The notes under the pieces are model-generated. The model ran no database searches. It saw only the letters and a program-made list of their open reading frames with translations, and was not told the DNA's origin. From Haloquadratum walsbyi C23 (lineage in GTDB: Archaea > Halobacteriota > Halobacteria > Halobacteriales > Haloferacaceae): a DNA stretch of 32,000 nucleotides. This document shows positions 27,599-32,000 of this stretch, one piece after another. The stretch spans positions 2,130,001 through 2,162,000 of the forward strand of contig NC_017459.1 in NCBI RefSeq assembly GCF_000237865.1. The letters run 5' to 3'. Every line of letters starts with the position of its first letter. The stretch's first letter is position 1. Both the position numbers and the translations under genes were made by a program.

Positions 27599-27613
27599 TT
27601 ACGAAATTCGTAA
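27599..27613. promoter_or_regulatory. Perfect 15-bp palindrome TTACGAA-A-TTCGTAA in the lrp/carA divergent promoter region; candidate Lrp operator
   Basis: Read directly from the sequence. It lies 32-46 nt upstream of the lrp ATG and 52-66 nt upstream of the carA ATG (27665). The format resembles known archaeal Lrp-type 15-bp palindromic boxes. Confidence 0.35.
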
Positions 27614-27652
27614 CTCAGCTTCGAAAGTAACACTTATGCCCGGGGATTACAT

Positions 27653-28765
27653 GTGTATCTCGTAATGTTGGACGCCTATTTAGCCCTAGAGGATGGTCGT
27701 GTCATCGAAGCGCGCGGTCGCGCCCCTGGGCGCACTCGCGGTGAGTTGGTATTTACGACCGCTTATACAGGTTATGAGGAGAGTCTCACAGACCCCTCAT
27801 ATGAAGAGCAGGTGCTTACATTTTCATATCCGCTCATTGGGAATTATGGCGTCCGAAGTGAGCGATTTGAATCTGAACGTATTCATCCACGAGCCGCGAT
27901 TGCACGTGAGTTTACAGATGAAATAGTCGAGTGGTTCAATCATGAGGATGTCCCTGCAATTGACCATATCGATACGCGTGAGCTTGTCACGTCAATTCGC
28001 GAGGAGGGTGCAATGAACTGTGGGATTGCCGTTGGTTCTGATGTGACACCAGGAGACGCCACAGCTGAGCTTGATCAGTGTATCAGCATGAGTGATCACA
28101 TTGACATTGGCAAACGTGTCACGACCGTTGAACATACGACATACGGCGGTGCGAACGCTGAGGTTCATGTTGCACTCATTGATTGTGGTGCAAAAATGTC
28201 AATTGTTGATTCACTTGTTGAGAGAGGGGTTGCTGTCCATGTGCTTCCATACGATACAACGCCGGAAATGCTTACAGAGGTCGACCCTGACTTATTGTTC
28301 ATTTCAAACGGACCAGGTGACCCAGCGAACTTTGAGGCGGCACAAACGCTCGTCGAGGAGTACACTGGTGAAATCCCGATTGCTGGAATCTGTCTTGGTC
28401 AACAGGTTGTCGCACGAGCACTCGGTGGAACAACTGAGAAGATGAATTTCGGACATCGTGGCGTCAATCAACCGGTCCGAGATCTCGATAGTGGCAAGGT
28501 CGTCATGACAACGCAAAATCATGGATATACTGTTGGTGACCCTGGTGAGACACTCAATGTATGTCAAATAAATGTTAATGATGGAACTGCTGAGGGACTC
28601 ACAAATCGCGATCTTGATGTGATTACACGACAGTATCACCCAGAGGCACATCCTGGACCACACGATTCATTTGGTTTCTTCGATGAGGTGCTTGAAATGA
28701 CCGGACGGGACACCACCACCGAAACAGATAGCAGCTCAGATCGTGCCGTCATCGCTGATAATTAA
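27653..28765 (+). CDS. carA: Carbamoyl-phosphate synthase small (glutaminase) subunit
   Basis: N-domain LALEDGRVIEARG...FTTAYTGYEESLTDPSYEEQVLTFSYPLIGNYG; GATase triad GICLGQQ and ..YHPEAHPGP. The track start is GTG 27653; the ATG at 27665 (MLDAYLALEDG) is more likely. Confidence 0.93.
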   Translation: MYLVMLDAYLALEDGRVIEARGRAPGRTRGELVFTTAYTGYEESLTDPSYEEQVLTFSYPLIGNYGVRSERFESERIHPRAAIAREFTDEIVEWFNHEDVPAIDHIDTRELVTSIREEGAMNCGIAVGSDVTPGDATAELDQCISMSDHIDIGKRVTTVEHTTYGGANAEVHVALIDCGAKMSIVDSLVERGVAVHVLPYDTTPEMLTEVDPDLLFISNGPGDPANFEAAQTLVEEYTGEIPIAGICLGQQVVARALGGTTEKMNFGHRGVNQPVRDLDSGKVVMTTQNHGYTVGDPGETLNVCQINVNDGTAEGLTNRDLDVITRQYHPEAHPGPHDSFGFFDEVLEMTGRDTTTETDSSSDRAVIADN

Positions 28766-29177
28766 GACGTCTTTCAGCGAAGTCAATCGCATGATCTGAT
28801 ACATCGACTATCTATTATCATTTGTTATCCATTATTCGACATGTACCGATGTCGTCTCCATGCTCAAAATGTACTGACGCTCTCCGAGAACATGATGATT
28901 ATCTATATTTGAACTCACGTCTTGGTATCCCGTCGCGAATAACGGACCGCTCATCTGTAGAAGGGAATACCTGTCGTTTCGATCCTCTCTGATCACAGGT
29001 GTCAGTTCGTCACTCTGCCGACGCTACACCCAATCTTCCGCAGGTACTGACTGCTACACATGAGCGTAACGGATATGATGAAATAACGTGTGACTCAGAA
29101 ATGTATAGTCTGCACTCAGTACGCCTGTTATCAGTGATGTATATGAAACCGAGAGGCAAAGTCCTCGCATAAGAAGT

Positions 29178-29270
29178 GAGTAAATCGCCTCGGGGTCAAG
29201 CCTCGAGGCATTCTCCTCGTATTCTGTAAAGCGAACACGTGAATCACCTCAGTGTCAAGCCTCGAGATAC
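29178..29270 (-). repeat. Two tandem copies of the left-end-like hairpin motif, immediately downstream of the GNAT gene
   Basis: Minus-strand copy 1: gtatCTCGAGGcttgacactGAGGtgattcacgtgttcgc (29231-29270). Minus-strand copy 2: cgaggagaatgCCTCGAGGcttgacCCCGAGGcgatttac (29178-29220). Copy 2 is near-identical to 507-555. Confidence 0.4.
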
Positions 29271-29292
29271 TCGGCTTGCTCCGCCTGTAGAT

Positions 29293-30381
29293 TCAAACAT
29301 CGCCCTCATCAGAGAGTTGATAATTCATCAAGAAAATTGGTTCTGACCACATCCCAGCACCTGTCACTGCTGCATCAGAGAGCCAGCGGACATCTTCAGG
29401 AACGAGGACACGCGTGTGATCAATCGCCGAATCAAGTAATGTTGCATCCCGACGAATCGCTGTTAACAACGATTGCACAGCCGCCTCATCACCAGGATCC
29501 CACGCAGCGATAGCGTACTCAGCACCGAGTGTTGCCGTCTCTCCCATCGGTTCATATGTCCGGTTTCGAATTGCGAATCCACGAACAGTCCCGGGTGGTG
29601 AGTTCGACCTGACAGTAATCAATCGACCGGTTGTAGCTGCACGCTGAATATGATGTTGACGGAGAGTGGACAGTGCCCACGATTCAGTATCATCGATGAT
29701 AATTCCATCAAGCATATTATTTGTTTCTGCGGTCTGCCAGAACGACCACACGTCCCCGACGGAAGTATCATCATCAGTCTGTACTGAAAGTGGGACAGCG
29801 TCGTCTACTGTTGAGACTGACTCTGTTGGGGTTTCATATGGCTCTGGTTGAATCCATCGGAACTCAATCCCAGGGTTGAAACCTATCTGCCGAAGTAGCC
29901 CAAGACTGGCTGAATTCCATGAAAAAACAATCCCTCGAACTATTGTGGTATCCATCGCACGTGCAACAGCACAGAGTGTTTGAATAAGGACTGTAGCAAG
30001 CCCTCGACCGCGATATGTGGGCGCGATGCGGAGCCCTTGTATCCATGCTTCCGTTTCTGAAAGTGTGCATACCTGTGCGACACCGACAACATTCGTGCTA
30101 TTCTGCCTCGAGTCAGGGTCATCTGGGTGTGGTTGTGAATTAACAGTAATGACAACTGTCTGTGCTGTCTCACCGTCATCTGCTGCAACCCACTCAGGAA
30201 ACACAGAGCCAACATAGTCATCCTCGGCTCGATCTGGCCATGTATTTTGCGTTATCCGCTCGACGGCGGCAGCGTCAGTCGAGTCCGCAGTTCGAACAGT
30301 GACATCCGCTCCAGTGTCATCTACTGTATGTACTGGGAGCGGGAGTGTGGATACAGACATGTCTGTATTGTTTATGTCCAC
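29293..30381 (-). CDS. GNAT-family N-acetyltransferase domain protein with a large C-terminal region of unknown function
   Basis: A GNAT core with an acetyl-CoA motif-A-like segment (WIQGLRIAPTYRGRGLATVLIQTLCAVAR) lies in the N-terminal half. The remaining ~170 aa have no recognisable motif. Its start is 9 nt after the gatD stop. Confidence 0.8.
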   Translation of the reverse strand: MDINNTDMSVSTLPLPVHTVDDTGADVTVRTADSTDAAAVERITQNTWPDRAEDDYVGSVFPEWVAADDGETAQTVVITVNSQPHPDDPDSRQNSTNVVGVAQVCTLSETEAWIQGLRIAPTYRGRGLATVLIQTLCAVARAMDTTIVRGIVFSWNSASLGLLRQIGFNPGIEFRWIQPEPYETPTESVSTVDDAVPLSVQTDDDTSVGDVWSFWQTAETNNMLDGIIIDDTESWALSTLRQHHIQRAATTGRLITVRSNSPPGTVRGFAIRNRTYEPMGETATLGAEYAIAAWDPGDEAAVQSLLTAIRRDATLLDSAIDHTRVLVPEDVRWLSDAAVTGAGMWSEPIFLMNYQLSDEGDV

Positions 30382-30390
30382 GTCGTCAAC

Positions 30391-31719
30391 TCATTCCCAT
30401 GGGACTGACCGATATTGTAATTCACCAGCAAGTGACTTTGTCATTGCGTTTGTGGGATCTGGGTGATTTGCGAGTGCCCACATTAATTTTACTTTTGCTG
30501 TACCGGGAAGTGTATCACCGGCCTCAACAACGCCCGCTTCCAGTAAGTCCCGACCAGTGTCATACACACGGTCACAGACGCGTCCTTCGAGGCACTGACT
30601 CGTCATTGCAACAACAACTCCATCCGTAACGAGTTCTGCTACGGTCGGAATAAATTCAGTGTGAACGTGACCTAATCCAGTACCTGCGATAATTAGCCCA
30701 TCAGGAGTAGAGTCAGTAAGAAATGCTGTCTGTCGGTCGATGTCCATCCCAGGTGTAAATGTCAAAAGCATCACGTCCTCATTAAGTTCGCTAGTAAGGT
30801 TCAGTTCAGTCGATTCTCGTGCTGTATGATCACGGTGGAATGAAACAGTCTCGGTATCATACTCAATTGTCCCGATTGGAGTGGCGCCAACGGTCTCGAA
30901 TGCGTCACGACGGGAGGTGTGATTTTTTCGAACACGTGTCCCCCGATGAAGCGCACAAGTGTCATCGGCGGTTGATGCATGCATACAAACAAACACTCCT
31001 GAGATGTCTGCTGTTGCAGCCTCAACAGCACAGACGGCATTCATGACATTATCTGAGGATGGACGATCCGCAGATCGCTGGCTTCCAGTAAAAACGACTG
31101 GGACAGGCGTATCAAGCATATATGATAACGCCGAAGCAGAGTACTGCATTGTATCAGTCCCATGCATCACGACAACACCATCAGCACCAGCACGAATTTC
31201 ATCGGCAACTGCAGCAGCAAGATCCTGCCAGACGGCAGGTGTCATGTTCTCAGAGAGAATATTCCGGACCACACGTCCACGGTAATTCGCTCGACCAGCG
31301 AGATCTGGGACGGCACGGAGCACATCTTCAGCATCGAACTGTGCAGTGACAGCACCCGTTCGGTAATCAACCGTTGATGCGATTGTACCACCCGTCGAGA
31401 TTAATGACACCGTTGGCAACGATTCATCAAAAGCAACTGCTGATGCAGCCGATTTGGATGTAATATCAGATTCAGTCTTATCAGCCTCTGTATCCGCACC
31501 AGCACCAGCACTAGAGCCAATATCTGTCTGTGCCCCGCCAATGTCGTATGCATCTGACGTCACGAGATCAATCGATGCGTCTGCTCGATCAATACCGACA
31601 TTGTATCCACCATCGAGTTTAATTACAAGATGATCTGATGTTGAGGAGGGCATTAAGATTCCCTCGTTTGTAACATCTGCTCGTTCAACGCGAACTCGGT
31701 CCCCTGGATGTGGACTCAT
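30391..31719 (-). CDS. gatD: Glutamyl-tRNA(Gln) amidotransferase subunit D
   Basis: N-terminal GDRVRVE...EGILMPS...LVIKLDGGYNVGI, and an asparaginase-like domain with ISTGGTIAS and MHGTDTM. An acidic/Ala-rich insertion (GGAQTDIGSSAGAGADTEADK...) separates the two parts. Confidence 0.92.
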   Translation of the reverse strand: MSPHPGDRVRVERADVTNEGILMPSSTSDHLVIKLDGGYNVGIDRADASIDLVTSDAYDIGGAQTDIGSSAGAGADTEADKTESDITSKSAASAVAFDESLPTVSLISTGGTIASTVDYRTGAVTAQFDAEDVLRAVPDLAGRANYRGRVVRNILSENMTPAVWQDLAAAVADEIRAGADGVVVMHGTDTMQYSASALSYMLDTPVPVVFTGSQRSADRPSSDNVMNAVCAVEAATADISGVFVCMHASTADDTCALHRGTRVRKNHTSRRDAFETVGATPIGTIEYDTETVSFHRDHTARESTELNLTSELNEDVMLLTFTPGMDIDRQTAFLTDSTPDGLIIAGTGLGHVHTEFIPTVAELVTDGVVVAMTSQCLEGRVCDRVYDTGRDLLEAGVVEAGDTLPGTAKVKLMWALANHPDPTNAMTKSLAGELQYRSVPWE

Positions 31720-32000
31720 GTATACTTGCTATCGCAGCCACACGCTTGAAGAGTGTGACTCTGCCTAGTCATAATATTCGACTATTGAATTATCAAAAAA
31801 TAATAGATCGTTTCAAATAGTACGATTATAGAATAATCACTGACGAGCAAAATTTTGAATTGTCATTCGCTCATTCTACATCTATCATTATAATATTTGT
31901 TTCCTGCAATATTATTCATTTGTCCTATATCAAATATTATTTCAACTAAATTATATATCCATTCATACATTTACTGAGAGTTAATATCATTTCGGCTCTA

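Noticed and set aside
28849-28992. 47-aa ORF MSSPCSKCTDALREHDDYLYLN...NTCRFDPL downstream of carA, as a possible zinc-finger micro-protein.
   Set aside because: It has only one CxxC pair plus a lone Cys. The second half is non-acidic. It lies in a region that may contain IS debris. The evidence is too weak to call.
31740-32000. A very AT-rich 260-nt stretch at the window end. I considered a replication origin or DNA-unwinding element.
   Set aside because: I saw no ORB-like inverted repeats and no adjacent orc/cdc6 gene within the window. It may simply be the gatD promoter region. It cannot be judged without the flanking sequence.

Overview
The window reads as chromosomal core DNA of a low-GC haloarchaeon. 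Evidence: a very acidic proteome, a Tat/lipobox signal, and archaeal genes such as gatD, cbf5, a GHMP-type shikimate kinase, Cdc48 and a DUF106 insertase. The composition and MITE load remind me of Haloquadratum walsbyi, but that is inference from memory, not a search.

Coding content is mostly housekeeping:
- a Bat-like HTH regulator (3' part only), a CheY-like receiver and a small zinc-ribbon protein
- an Lhr-type helicase and Cdc48
- a livJHMGF-type ABC operon
- shikimate kinase and chorismate mutase
- tRNA-Pro(GGG)
- the conserved archaeal string adk-DUF106-cmk-cbf5
- an alpha/beta hydrolase, an SDR and IDI type 1
- Lrp divergent from carA
- gatD followed by a GNAT gene

I found no CRISPR array, no rRNA, and no convincing multi-gene defence or toxin system.

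The non-ordinary content is a dense population of IS200/IS605-family relics:
- one full-length but frameshifted IS1341-type tnpB element
- one IS605-like relic with divergent, 5'-truncated tnpA and tnpB
- at least five protein-less derivatives (148-615 nt), plus solo end fragments

The protein-less derivatives share the same left end and the same hairpin-plus-GGAGGATGTCAA right end as the tnpB element. They keep the part of the transposon that encodes the omega-RNA scaffold in TnpB systems, and they sit at sensitive places: 57 nt upstream of lhr, inside the adk-DUF106-cmk operon, and touching the adk stop codon. This is my best candidate for something worth follow-up. It may simply be an already catalogued MITE family.
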